DNA from: Vermamoeba vermiformis
Taxonomy: Eukaryota
Length of the DNA stretch: 64,000 bases
Assembly: GCA_045837725.1 (NCBI GenBank)
Contig: JBEWZL010000244.1
Span: 372,001-436,000 of the forward strand
Direction of reading: 5' to 3'
The notes below the pieces were generated by a model that was given only the letters and a program-made list of their open reading frames with translations, did not search any database and was not told the DNA's origin. Position numbers and translations under genes: made by a program. Shown piece by piece: positions 1-13,293 of this stretch (the first letter of the stretch is position 1; each line of letters begins with the position of its first letter).

Positions 1-466
1 ATTGTTATAAATACATTGCCGAGGGTTTATTAGTGAACGATACCCTCGTCGAAATGCTGATGGGCGAGAATTCACTGAACGACGAAGGATTGAAATATTT
101 GAAAGCAGTCGTTGAAGTTAATAAGACTATACGATGGTTTAATATAGATGGTAAGTTGAATAAGATGAGAAAAATTATCAAACGGATCTAACAATTTTTT
201 TTCTAATTTCAGACAGTGATGTTAATAAAAATGAATGGAGATATGTCACCGGCAAAACAGACGAAAATTACAAAAATCAGAAGATATTCGTCAAGGACAT
301 GATGGTTATAATACACAATATAGTTAGGGATCGATCAGTAATGGAAAAACTTCCCGTCGAGATGTGGTGTCACGTGTTCGGTTTCGTGACGCGTCTAGGC
401 GTGTTCATCGACTTTGGTCAGCGATTCAAAACAGTGCTCGCCAAGTACAATACAAAGAGCAACTAA
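1..466 (+). CDS. 3' part of an RNI-like LRR protein with a C-terminal F-box-like motif (5' end outside window)
   Basis: Reads YIAEGLLVNDTLVEMLMGENSLNDEGLKYLKAVVEVNKTI (RNI-type LRR). A GT-AG intron at 151-212 is followed by ...MEKLPVEMWCHVFGFV... and TAA at 464-466. Confidence 0.65.
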
Positions 467-589
467 TGATCAATCAAATATTTATTACAGCACTGGCAAG
501 GACTCGCGTTCGTGAAGTGAGACATCGTTTCACAGCAAAAATTTTTGGCTTAGAAAAGCGGTGCTGAGGATGAATTGTCGCGTGATGGA

Positions 590-1731
590 TTAGGCTGGGG
601 TGGACTCAAGAGCACCCATTTGTTTCAATTGCGCGAATCGTTCTTGGACGGTTGTGCCGCGCTTGCCGGTGATGTCCTTGAACGCAGAGGTCACGTGGAC
701 TTTACCAGCCACACAGTTTTGATAGAGCTGCAAGACACCGATGGCTTGGTGCTCGGGATAGAATCCTTTGAAGGACTCGAGAGCGTCTTCGTCAGAAATA
801 GCCACGTACTTGACCTCGCGACCAATGGCCTTGGAGATCTGCGCGGCCTTTTGGTCACCAGTCAAGTCTTCAGGACCAGTGAACTCATAGGCCTTGTTGT
901 GGTGACGCTCGGCGTGAAGTAAAATTTCAGCAGCGGCCTCGCCTACGTCTTCAACAGAGACGGGCGGGAATGCGCTAGATCCGAGGGGCTCGGCAAAGGA
1001 TCCCTTCAGAATAGAGTCTTTTTGGCCAAGTAAGTTTTCCTAATAATAGGCACAATATATTAGTGATCGATTTAAAAATATTACCCGAAAATTAAGACTT
1101 TGCAAGTAGGCAAAAATATAAATCTTGCGTCTGAGAACTTACTTGGAACATGACCATACGAAGGATAGTATACGACATGCCAGTGTTTTTAATTCGATCT
1201 TCACCAGAACCAAATTCGTGAGCGAAAGCAAAGTTGCGCGCGTCTAGCAAGGAGAAAAGTCAGCACGCGTGACCTCAGATCTTGTTGACACGTTTGTGAC
1301 ACGTACCTGAACCAAACGCAGAGCCCATTACTATGAACTTAACACCGACCTCCTTGGCTGCATCGACGATATTGTTGAATGGAATCATTCGATCGCCTGC
1401 CTTGCTGCCTTTGGTCGGATTTGGTGGGGTCGCCCAGATTCGGTCAGCACCCTAGTCAATTCCATTTGTGAGAACGCACGATTCAGAAGTATAATAATAT
1501 TGTATAGACTATGCGCAATACCTTAATGCCGTCGCGCAGGCACTTCTGATCCATAAAGTCTATGGATACGAATTCAGCGCCTTGATCGATTAACTCTTTT
1601 ACGTCTTCTTTCTTTCTAGCACTAACGCGAATAGTAAATTTGCTTTTATCAGCTTTTTGCAAAAGACGGCGTGCAATAGGGTTGCCGGTGTTGCCTTTGG
1701 CTCCTGTAACTAAAATAACTATTTTGCTCAT
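590..1731 (-). CDS. NmrA-like / atypical SDR NAD(P)-binding protein (spliced)
   Basis: N-terminal Rossmann motif ILVTGAKGNTG. Later exons give SYTILRM, VEDVGEAAAEILL..HHNKAYEFTGPEDLTGDQKAAQISKAIGREVKYVAISD, typical of the NmrA family. Confidence 0.85.
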
Positions 1732-2399
1732 TATTGAAGGTAATTTGATAAATGTATTGTGTTATTAATGATACTGAACTTGATTCAAAGGTGTTTTGCG
1801 CTCTTAAAGCTCGTGCGAGAGAAGAAATCTCTTGCAGATCTGCTCTTAAATAACCCAAATTACGAAGACTGCAACAGAAGAAAATATAAATTGTGCTTCC
1901 AGAAGGAGATGAGTTTTTCCTCCGTATTGATGACAAACGTTAGTTCCTGGGCGTTTCAGAAATTTACAATTTTATTTTTCGCGGTGGATGCGCAAACACA
2001 CGCTGTATTTCAATGAATATTGAGTACATAGAAGGATACTATAATACAATGAATAGCGCAATGCGAGTTCGAAGAGACAAATGATTGATTCGCTCGAGAA
2101 AGGTCATTAAGGGAATGGTAAGGCTGCACCTAAATAATTTCAATTAATTATTAAAATTGGATTTTATGCTAACTAAGCGTTATTCTTATTATTTTTAGTA
2201 TTATTATTCAATATGGATTTTTCCTATTTAATCATTACATTAATTAAAGTATCGATGTCGTACAAAAAAATATGCACACTTAAAAGCAACTCATGCTTTA
2301 CCGACGCCCTCTTATTATTTTATAACTATATTAGTAGGTATTATAGTAGGCTTAGTAGCATTCAGCATAAGCGATCAGAATTAGTTTCAGATCTTATCG

Positions 2400-4525
2400 G
2401 ATCAGTATTGCCTTGTGCATCTAGATCCATTCAACTTATTATTTGACACTACGGCATTATTCCGCATCAAATATGATGCTTATTATAGTATTGAGATATA
2501 GACGCAGCTTAATGTCACTGGATTTGGACTTAATAGTTTCGGGCTTAGGACTTACCGAATTCATTTGTGGTTGAGGTGATGATATTAATGGAGATCTTAA
2601 TGGAGTGAATAGGTGAATATGAACTGGTAATTTGAAATCTTAACGTGGATGTGGTTTGGGTTGAGTTGGGTAGTGGATTGATTTTTTGAATTACCAGCTC
2701 TTATTATCTAGTGATACATAGCTATAAGCATGGTAAAAGAAATGTTAGTATGTATATAAGGTAGGTTTATAGTATTATTAACAGAGTATATCGTTATTAA
2801 CATATTTCGTATTTACAACTTTTCTAGCGAGAAAAATTTCAAAAAATTACTTTGTTTCGTTATCTGTAGTGGTGCCACTACTTTGTAGTTCCACTCCAGA
2901 TTGACCGCGGTTCATATTATTCCATTGCTTGCGTCGTCGTCGCTCAGCTTTTTCTTGTCTAAATCGTTCGTCGTACTCTTTCGCTACATCCGCAAAATTT
3001 GACGCGAAAACACCAACGGGAAGAGCAATGAGCTATTTATATCGTTAATATAAGGTATACGCTGAGGTTATGAGCGTCGCGTACTGGCTCGCGAAATTTC
3101 ATAAACAATTTTTTTTGGCGGCAAAAAAATATACGTACCAGAATACCAAAGAGAATGATAACACTCGCAGCTAACTTTCCTAAAGGCGTTTGTGGAACCA
3201 TATCACCGTAGCCGACCGTAGCTATTGTTACAACAGCCCACCAAAGCGAGATTGGAATGCTTTGAAATTCGCTAGCGGATTTCGGTCAGTATATCAATCA
3301 AAACAATATTAACCATTTAACGTACCTAACAGTACCGTCATCTAGCACCCATTGATTGGTTTGCATGTCAAACGTAGAACCAGATTGCTCGGCATAAAAG
3401 ATTACAGTGGCTGAAATCATGATCATAATAACCGCTTGTTGGAAGAACATTAAAACTGGATAAGCACTGCGCTTAATAGTCTTGGTCAATACCTGTAAAT
3501 ATGTACGTCAGTCAGACATTTTCTTCTTGGTAAACGTAAAAATAAAATAAAAATTTTGAGAACGAGACTGGATGTGAATTGTTTGGCGATATTTTGACTT
3601 ACTCTTCCTACGCGCGAATGTCTTGTTACTTTAAAAAGTCGGAGAAATCTAAATATGTTGAAAAATCGAACTACCCCGACGTCTGGATCGACAATGTCTT
3701 GCTACATTTGACTTTGAAATTAGCCGGTGTAAATAAGTTAATAATATGATGAATATCTTACAGCCAAAGAATAATATACAGCTATGCCAACCCAGAAAGG
3801 AACGAAAGTAAGCAAATCAATAATGGCCCATGGATCTGGTAGAAAATTGGACTAATATTAGTAAATAGCCTTATTTTGGACTTTAAGTGGTAAATTACCT
3901 TTCATATGCTTCCGCATATTAGGGGCAGTAAATAATCGAAGAAAATATTCCGCTGTAATATACGACAAGTCGATAAGCTCAAGAATCATTAGTGCTCTAA
4001 AAATAAGTCGGTTATTTTCGATAAATATAATATTATTATTTGTTAAATATACGTACTCTTTAGCTTTTCTTTCAGGCGAGCCAGGAGGAGGGAAATAAAA
4101 TGATGGCACGGTTAAAACCATGTAGATGACGACCGCCACTAGCGTCAAAATCAAGTTAAATACTCTGTAACCTCGGGCAGCAGAATACTATAATGTGAAT
4201 TGTTATTAGAGGTGAAGTAAATAGCGATAAATAACAAGTTGGGCTTGAGTTGGGAGGGATCGTGTCATTTTTGACAGGTGATTAGATTATTAATTTCAGA
4301 ATTAATATTATTGTAGTAGAAACGCATATAATTAATAGAAAGTAATCAAATATAAAATGCACTAATATTCTCAAAATTAATTGGGTGGATTGGTTTGATC
4401 GCGCTTACAATTGGCTCGAAGACATATTCCCTCGGGACTGAATCATTAGTGACATAATAAATCTTCTCTTTGGTAGAAAACTCTCGAAGAGGTTTGACCG
4501 GTTCAAGCGGTGATGTTGTTTCCAT
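2400..4525 (-). CDS. Voltage-gated K+ channel subunit (6TM); 3' end approximate
   Basis: Pore helix and filter [31 protein letters not shown] (~3175-3270). S4-like [20 protein letters not shown] (~3612-3672). S1-S2 in ORF 3858-4154, S5 in ORF 3298-3489. Confidence 0.9.
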
Positions 4526-4739
4526 CTGTTTTGCGTGTCAACAAAAATAAAAATCCGGTCCATTTTTAGTTTTAGCCCGTTCATGAACGAAACATTATAT
4601 CATTCATTTAGACTATTTTTTGGAAGGTCCTATTGGGTTCTAGAAGAAGTGCTATTGTGAAAGAAATTCGTGTCAAAAATGTCACGATCTGGATTTGAAA
4701 TGTGAAGAGGTTTATTCGAGTGTACAGGTCATATTTAGA

Positions 4740-7700
4740 TTATTCCCATTCGGTAGTGCCAGGAGGCTTTGAAGTCAAGTCATAGACAACGCTAAAAGAG
4801 GGTTATTAGTCAATAATATTTTGAATTTTTTAGGGATCTACTTACCCGTCGATCTGAGGCATTTTGAGCAACTTTTCAACGATTTCATGAAGGGCCTTTT
4901 CTTCGACGTCTTTGCCAGGGACAGCAGGACGGCCAGTCATAAAGTCCTAAATAAAGCAAGTGAGATTATGAAAGGTTTTAAGAGCTTATGTTCGACGTAC
5001 ATTAGTGATCATGGTGCGAATGGCAATGGTTCGTTTAGTGCCTGAATCAGTCATGCTGATCGGCAAGATAATAACGGGCACTTGACTCAATCGTTGCAAT
5101 TGATTGTGGGCCAATAAAGCCTGGTCAAACTTTGGTCAACGACGCATCCATTACTTACAATACTGTTGCAACTTACAGTATTGACGATATCATCAGCTTC
5201 TTGCAAGATAGAAATAACATCGGGAGTCAAATGTGTCGGCACAATATTCGAAAGAGGTCTGTGTGCGACAGGCACGAACGAGTACACGACACGGTTGATG
5301 TTGTGGCACAGCTGTATAGATTGGTATATTAGCACCATCCTTAATATTATAGGAGTATATAGTACTTGCCTTTGTAATGATCTTGGCCAAGTGGACCAAC
5401 TGTTCCCAATCAGGGTTCTTGCAAATCAAGGCGCAAACATAGTTGTACGTGCGGCCATCGCCTTGAACGCCAACGGATTTGACGGGCAAAACAGTTGCTG
5501 TTACCTGATTGGTCGATTGATTTCTGCGGATTTGCGCGAGTAAATCTTGTTCGCTTTGATTAAAAGTGGCAAGTGTCTTGACGATTTCTTGGGCCTTTTC
5601 TTCATCGAGTCCAACAGTGTTAGTCGGATAATTACTGTTCAAAATGAATTCCAACACGCTGTCGGTCTCTTTGAAATGCGATTCCATGTACGGCTTTTCA
5701 GCGCAAAGAATTCTGATCGATAAACCAGGGCCCGGGAATGGTTGTCTAAGACACTTTTAGCACGCATGTAGATTCGTTATATTCTATGATTATAGTATAC
5801 TGACCTTTGTACTAAGTGGTAGGGCAGTCCTAATTGTGTTCCTAATGCGCGTACTTCGTCTTTGTGATAATCTTTCAGGGGCTCAATAACGCGATTCAAC
5901 TCACGCAATTTTCTATTAAACAACACTAAGATATCTCCTTATAGTAAAATATTATATATAATTACCTGACTAAATATGAGTCATTATGATGGGTCTTAAT
6001 AACGGCAGCTTTCTTGCTGACGACAGTTGAGGCACTTTCGATCAGATCCGGACGAAGAGTTCCTTGTGCTACAAAGAAATCATTAGGATATTATTATAGT
6101 AGACCTATATCTATGCGATATCTTATTTACCTAAGAAGACTTCATCGACGCCAAGACCTAACTCTTGGATCTCCTTTTCTGCGACGTGCACAAAAGTGTC
6201 ACCGATGATTTTTCGCTTTTCTTCAGGGTCAGTCACTTCTTTGAGTGTTTTAGTCTCGTAGAATTCAGCTTCAATGTTCACTTGTTCGGGAGTCTCCGAC
6301 AATTTCTTGATCTTTTGGATCTTGGTCGTGCCATTGTAAAATCGTTCCGACGCATCAACAACTGATACGGTCATATTAATATAACCTTATAATATTTAAT
6401 ATTAAGAGCTTATTTCTACCTTTTAATTTCATGCCAATGTTTTCAAGAGCCTCTTTAACGTTTTCACTTTCATTCTTGCGCATGAAGCCGTTGTTAATAT
6501 GCACGGCAATAACACGATCGGCACCGATTGCTTCCTAATAAGGAAATATTAATATCACTAGTGAAATCTTATTCGAATATTCGTACATTCAATAAAGTTG
6601 CACAAACTGAACTGTCAACGCCACCGCTGACCATGACGAGCACCTGAAAAGTATATATAAGTATATATGCACCTTATTTAGTATATGGTATTAATGGGGA
6701 ACATACCTTTTTATCACCAACAATCTTGTTAATATAATCAATGGCAATTTGTTTTCGATCTTCTACAGTGTAGTTTGCTAATATAGGACGACATTAGAAA
6801 GCAATACTATCAAGTGATATTAAAGATGTAGCTTACCCTTGACCTTGGCAACACGTTCCAAGAAATTCTTAAACATTTCTTTGCCGTTCTCAGTCAAATC
6901 GACCTGTCAAACATGACGTGTCAAAAGTGTCATGTTTTTATGTTGGATCCGTACGAACGTACCTCAGGATGGAATTGAACACCAATAATTTTCTTTTCAA
7001 CGTGTTCGATACCTTCGGCGAGATCTCCGATGCGCGAGATTGTTTTGAAGCCAGGAGGAACTTCAACGACGCTGTCACCGTGTGTCAATAGCACTTGTTG
7101 AGGTGAGGGTAATCCGTGGAATAATTCAGACGTAGTGTCGATCTAAATATGGAATTGAAAGTTAGATATTGTAAAGGGTTGGATATTTTTTTTGCTCGAT
7201 CGGATTTGGATCTCACCTCAATAGCGAACTGACCGTCCTCACGCATCTTCTTCTTCTCAACTTTACCTCCAAAATATTTAGCAGCGAGTTGATATCCATA
7301 GCAAATGGCCTATGGTTCGAAAGTTAGATCAAATCCACGATCTAGAAATCAAGCATTTCTTACAAGGATAGGAATACCCGCGTTCCATATTCTTTCATCG
7401 ACGTTAGGGGCTCCAGCTTCATAAACGCTATCGGGACCTTTTTAAACAATTTTAAGACCTTGTGAACGTTGGATCGAGCTTCAAACTTACCTCCAGAAAT
7501 CAGGATAGCCTTGTAGTTTCCTTCCTTAATTTTCTCCAAGCTAGTTTCTAACGGGAGCAATTCAGAACCGACGTTCAATTCACGTACGCGTCGATCTAAT
7601 AAACAATCAATAAAAAATATTCCGTTTAAATTCTGCAACTGTTTAAATATGATGATCAAGCTTAATAGTGTAACTAATAGGCTATCGTAACTAAATTAAA

Positions 7701-7802
7701 AATATTTGTGAGCCAGATCTGGCGCGAGGTAGTACCAATAACTTTGCCGTATTGAGATCCTGCATCCAAAATGGCTACAACGTCGACGTTTGAGTGGTCC
7801 AT
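4740..7802 (-). CDS. guaA/GMPS: GMP synthase (glutamine-hydrolysing), multi-exon
   Basis: Motifs [80 protein letters not shown] and [12 protein letters not shown]-terminus [13 protein letters not shown]. Confidence 0.97.
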
Positions 7803-8008
7803 TGTTCAAAATAAATATCCTTTCGTGTTGTTATACCCTCCAAGCAAGATAAAATGACAGTTTATTGAACGGGCGAGGGAGCCACAGAAAAATTCGAAAA
7901 CTTTCTGGACAAGTCAAAAATTGAACACAAAATGCGTCACAAACATAAAATTTATAATTGCGGTCATGGTATACAATGTTTAGGCGCTTTTTCTAACTCT
8001 GAGTTTCT

Positions 8009-8341
8009 TTAGTTGTGGAACACTTCGGCGACATGATGCAGGTGCGGGTCAAATGAAGCAACTAAGGCTTTAGCTTGTTCCATATGCTCAAGAGCAGCTG
8101 GATTTCTGAAAATTGCCTCGAAATCTTCTTTTGAAGCCCATTGAGCGTAGTTCACAACTCTGACACCGTCAAGGCTTTTGTGTAGATTCGCGGAGATGAA
8201 TCCCTTCAAATGGCGCATGACCTTCTCAGTTGCTTCGGTCAGAATTTGTACGAGTTTGTCCTGGTTAGCTGGATCCACGATAAAAACGTTGATCAGAGTG
8301 ACCATAGATTTGTTGTTTTCGGTGCTAATAGTAGTTTGCAT
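8009..8341 (-). CDS. Antibiotic biosynthesis monooxygenase (ABM) family protein, intronless
   Basis: 110-aa ORF with VTLINVFIVDPANQDKL...GFISANLHKSLDGVRVVNYAQWASKEDF, which fits the ABM dimeric alpha/beta barrel pattern. Confidence 0.88.
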   Translation of the reverse strand: MQTTISTENNKSMVTLINVFIVDPANQDKLVQILTEATEKVMRHLKGFISANLHKSLDGVRVVNYAQWASKEDFEAIFRNPAALEHMEQAKALVASFDPHLHHVAEVFHN

Positions 8342-8833
8342 TCTGTTGTTGTTTGTTTGAGTTATGATTGACTAATGTCCACCTAAGACTTTTAAGCCGG
8401 TTCGGAAATTGGTTCTTACGGACCGGATGAACGAGATTCACGGCGAATTAAATTTCACCATCCGTTCGTCCGTTAACGTTTTGTAAAGAGCGAAAATTTG
8501 TGGAAGAGTAGAGAAAAGAGTAAGAAGATGCATAATTACCTATGGGTGGCAAAGTAATCCTCGCGAATCCGGATTTGTACTTAAACCTTAAGTAACGGAA
8601 AAGTCCAGTACTGAAGTATAATTATAAAGCAATGTATAACTACATAAAAATCCTTTCCTCGCGTAAGCGGTCTTCTTTTGAGCTAGTATGCTAAATCAAT
8701 TTGAGATACTCAATCCGATGTATTCTACGCAACGAACGAATATAAGACTTAATTTTATTAAACTACAACACCAAGGAGACAAATTCGTCATTAGAAAATA
8801 CTCCTTGCGGATATCAGCAATTACAAACAGCTT

Positions 8834-9043
8834 TTAAGCGTCTTCGTCATTAACATTGGTCGCGGTCTGAGTTCCGCCAACTGCACCCGGGGTTTCAGAT
8901 CCAACAGGCGTACCATCAGCGTAATACGCTCCCGAGCCAAAGAAATCGCTGTCTAATCCATCGTCTGGTGAAGCACCGCTTACAGCTCTATTTAAAGCTG
9001 TAGTACTTTTCGGGCCAGATTGCGCTTTAAACAGGTTACCCAT
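8834..9043 (-). CDS. Small hypothetical protein, possibly N-myristoylated
   Basis: 69-aa intronless ORF, more GC-rich than its flanks, starting MGNLFKA with a G/S/D-rich body. No recognisable domain. Confidence 0.45.
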   Translation of the reverse strand: MGNLFKAQSGPKSTTALNRAVSGASPDDGLDSDFFGSGAYYADGTPVGSETPGAVGGTQTATNVNDEDA

Positions 9044-9857
9044 GCTGGACGTGTTATCGAAAACAAGAAATAGAATTATTGCGGTACTTATTTTGCATTA
9101 TTTTTTCATTTGTACCAAATCGGGGTTTCGGTTTCGAATAAAATTTTATCAACTTTAGTATCGGGTCTGACGGAACGAATGCTTGATTTTGGATTTGTAT
9201 AATATTCGACGACCAAGAACATATTACTCGTAATAAAAATACCTTTAGTAAATTAATTATCAAGAAAAACTGGAAAGCGGATTTCACTGAAGATGAAGCG
9301 CAAATTATTCAGTACGGCAGTTTAATGACGTAAGTAATATTAAATTAAATTAAATTAAATTAAGAAATGATTTACTTCCTCAATCTATCTAAATCAAACA
9401 TTGTGGTGGTATTAATAATTATTGGACCACTGTTAAAATTAAAAACTAAATTCACGCAAAATTCGATGTATGGCTCGATCAAATAGAAACACTGACAAAA
9501 TTTATTTCTAAAACTCTGGCACAATCGGCTTATATTAAATTGCCTTCATCAGTAATATTTTTGATTAATTATCAATCCTCGTTGCGGTTTCGTTAATTTT
9601 TTTAAGTAATTCTTACTGTATGACGTACCCGGTGTCAATTATCTTCCTAACTATCCAAGAACGAAATATCTTAGTGAGTTCAATCGCTAGTGACGTGTTG
9701 ATCACCTATAATTAGCTTTTGAATGGTAAACTCACCCAAAAACAAAATCTTACGTTTTTTCGCTTGGAAACGTATAAATTGCAACAGGATACGCTTTATC
9801 AGAGCACATTTGTCATATAATTGATTAATAGAAGAGGCATAACATTAAAGTAATCAA

Positions 9858-11346
9858 ATGGTAAGCACTTCATCAGTTCCGAGTTGGATTCCGATTGCAA
9901 TCAAACTTAATTTTCCAGATTTTACTGCCCAATCAATTAATTAATCCATTTTTATTTGTATTTTAGGAAAAAAATCCGAAATTATTCCAATCTGTTGCAA
10001 TCGTTGGCGGTGGCATTGGTGGCTTGACTTTGGCACATCTGCTCCATGACAGCGGAATAGACGTCACTGTCTACGAAAGAGATATCGACGAGCACTCTCG
10101 CGAGCAAGGATATTATATCGGCTTAAACAAGCTTGGCTTGCCGTCATTAAGGAAGATCGTCGATCGAGTTCCTAAACTGAACGATATGCTGCACGAAGCT
10201 TCATCTGGCTCAAGTTTCTTCATCGTAAATGCTGCGCTTAATGAGTTGATGACTGTTGGTGGCTTAAGCATCGATGATACTACGTTGGTGAGCAGATGGG
10301 GCTTGCGGGAAATTTTAACTCAAGGTAACAACGGTCATTACGTGTAAAATTCAGTTAATTAACGCTAACTTGCATAGGTCTCAATATTAAATATAATAAG
10401 AGGTTCACAAAGTACGAAGAACATCCTGATCACGTCGAGATTTTCTTCGAGGATGGATCGAGCGTCAAAGCGGATCTTCTCGTTGGCGCAGATGGAGCAC
10501 AGTCCTTGATTAGGAAACAACGATGTCCAGAGATAGTTAACGAGAATTTGAACATTGTTAATGTTGGTGGCACAATTCCGGTTGACGCCGTCAAAATAGA
10601 TCAGGTTGCAAAATACGCGTCAAAAGGCTTATTGCGCGTTCTAGGAAATAATGGCCGATCATTGCTAACATTTTCATTCCAACCTGCTAATGCCAAGACA
10701 CCCGTTTACTTATGGTCAATTTCGTGGCCACATCCACCTGGTCAAGAAATCAAAGACATCTTTGGCTGTGATTTACAAAGCACCGATCGCGATAAGTTCA
10801 TGAAAATCGTTCATGAAAAAATTATCGAGGAAGCCGAGAAGAATTTTACCAACCCCGACGTGGCTACAATGATTCGAAGTACGCCTATTGAAGAATTGAT
10901 AGATCCGCGTCAAGTCCACTCTTCGAAGCCGAGAAAAGTTCGTCCTTGGTCTAAGACTACGAGAGTACTATTGTTAGGCGATGCAGTGCATCCTATGACT
11001 ACGCACGCTGGCATGGGTAAGTAAAAGCGAGGCGGAGATTTGGCGCGACGGAAATTCAGTGTTGACGTAGTATTGATGTCAGTTACTAATATTAATGATA
11101 ATAGGAGCCAATACTGCTTTAGCTGATGCACGAGAGTTTGCGGACGCGCTGAACAAACAGAGCTGGCAAGCCCTCGAGACCTATGAGGTAGAACTGTTCA
11201 AAAGAGGCGCAAACTCGGTTTCTATGTCGTTAAATAGCACTAATATGATTCACGTTTCTGGATTCTTCAAACAGAAGTTCAGAAACGGATTCATTTGGGT
11301 GATCGGATCCGTCATGTCGATTGCAAGATTCTTTTGGCGAAAATAA
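9858..11346 (+). CDS. FAD-dependent monooxygenase (FAD_binding_3 / TetX-like class A)
   Basis: ATG|GT micro-exon at 9858. Motifs VAIVGGGIGGLTLA, ADLLVGADGAQSLIR and LLGDAVHPMTTHAGM|GANTALADA. Confidence 0.92.
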
Positions 11347-11489
11347 GCCGCCTTATACGCTTGTATTTAGTGTCAATAAAAGTTTTTTGGTAGATAGTAA
11401 GCAGGCACACCGTTGTTCCATAAAAGGAAATTTTATTTTTTTTGAATCGCGAGCCAGTGTACCGAGCAATTTTTTTATTAATTTTCAAA

Positions 11490-13093
11490 ATGAAGACAAC
11501 AACTTGTAGCTTAATAGCGCTTATTGTATCTATAGTATGCTTATCGCCAGCAGCAGCAGACGATCAATTTAACTTGGAGGTGGTTCAGAATTACACGTTG
11601 GCAATTGAAACAGGTACAGGCAATTTTAAAATATTAAGAACATCCTAGCTAGCTAATTTTATATTTAAAGGCAATTTCCAGGCTATCTTGAATTACGTTA
11701 ATTTTATGAACTTCAAAGCAAAATTGTACGGCGATAAAAATGTGTTTCCCTGGATGGGCGAGTACAACTCTTTAACAGACTACGCTAATGTCGTTAGCGG
11801 CTACGATGGAATTATTAACCAAACAAGTAAGTCAATCTATGCAAAAAAGATCGGATCTTTTCGGTACAGATCACAATTTTTTTGCCTCAGCAATGAGAGG
11901 TCTAATATTTTAACATATAGCGTCTTCCATTGAGTGGAAATTCAGTAAGGATGGTAAAGTAATGGGATCTGGTCTTCAGACAGGAACCTGTGTAAACGGA
12001 AAATTATTGTCGGTGCGCTACTCCGTAAGTAATTTAACCATATTTTCTCAGCATAATAATAAAAATAAATAATATGCATTATTAATAATATGATTATCAA
12101 AATCTTAGTCCGTCATGACGTTGTCGGGAGGTTTAATTATCATGCGCGAAGACTGGTTCGATACCTCCATGTTCTACGAGCAATGTTACTGTGCTGGCAT
12201 GGGCAATTATCTGTCGTGCACTAATACGGCTGCTAAACGTGCGTTGGAAAACGAGGATGAGGAGCGTCAAGCCAGATCTACATCCAGTACTCGCACTGTA
12301 ACTGCTGATCCTTCGACTGATCTTGCTACTTTTATGAGCGAGTTATCAAATAGTAAGTAGGCTTATATTGAAGTTGCAGTGCAGCATGATGGTAACCACG
12401 GAATTTTCTTTCAGCATCCGCCGTGATCTCGGACGATTTCACTTTCTCTATGAGCGGCGTCATGAATTTTCCTCTTAGTGCTTATACTAATGGCAAGGGT
12501 ACGAATAGATAAAGTTAACGTAATGTACTGGAGAGTTTGCTAACGGATGCAGCTATTCTTGGCCTGTGGGAGGAGGACGCCAAGAAGAAGGTGATTGCTT
12601 CTATTACATACTACGATTCATCTGTATTGTACTCGTCCCCAATGTCGATCTTCACTGCCAAGGCCAACTTCACGACCTTAAAGGGCTTGTCCGTTGTCGT
12701 GCCGCTGATTGCTTACGGCGAATTCAATGACGCCCTTCAGCTCAAATTAGTGAGGGTTGAGTTAGATACTTACGAACTCGGTAAAGCTCTGTAAGTCACT
12801 CACTTGAAGTCGGATCTAGATCCAATTTCATCGAATTCTTTTCAGAAGTCGCCTTCAATTGATAGATATTAATATAATTATAAATTACTAGGTGCACAAC
12901 ATTCGATTGCAATGCTGCCGTACCTCAAAGTACCCCTACCATGGCTGAACCAGTCGCAGCTCCAGTACGCGAGCCATTAGGTGCTATTCCTCGTCCTCCG
13001 CCAGCATATGTTCGTCCTCCTAATTCTTCTTCGAGAATGTCGTGCGCTATTTCATTAGTGGTCTTCTGCATAGTGACGTTAGTATTCTTTTAA
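11490..13093 (+). CDS. Secreted or surface protein with probable NTF2/SnoaL-like domains and a hydrophobic C-terminus (possible GPI anchor)
   Basis: Signal peptide MKTTTCSLIALIVSIVCLSPAAA. Two segments have a SnoaL-like pattern (e.g. LYGDKNVFPWMGEY and MSGVMNFPLSAY). Pro-rich tail and hydrophobic end ...SLVVFCIVTLVFF*. The fold call is inference. Confidence 0.55.
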
Positions 13094-13293
13094 AATGTAT
13101 TATTCAATATTTGATAAAATAGTTCTTGTTTGTACTATATGATGCGATTCATGTTCTGTTAAACGTCTATAATATAGACGATACTATTTAGTTGGTTTTA
13201 AGGTACTAATTACAAGTTTGCTTTCGTATTTCCATTTAAGGAAACAATAAATAAGATTTGGGCTATTTACATCAGAAGAATAAAGATAGAGTC

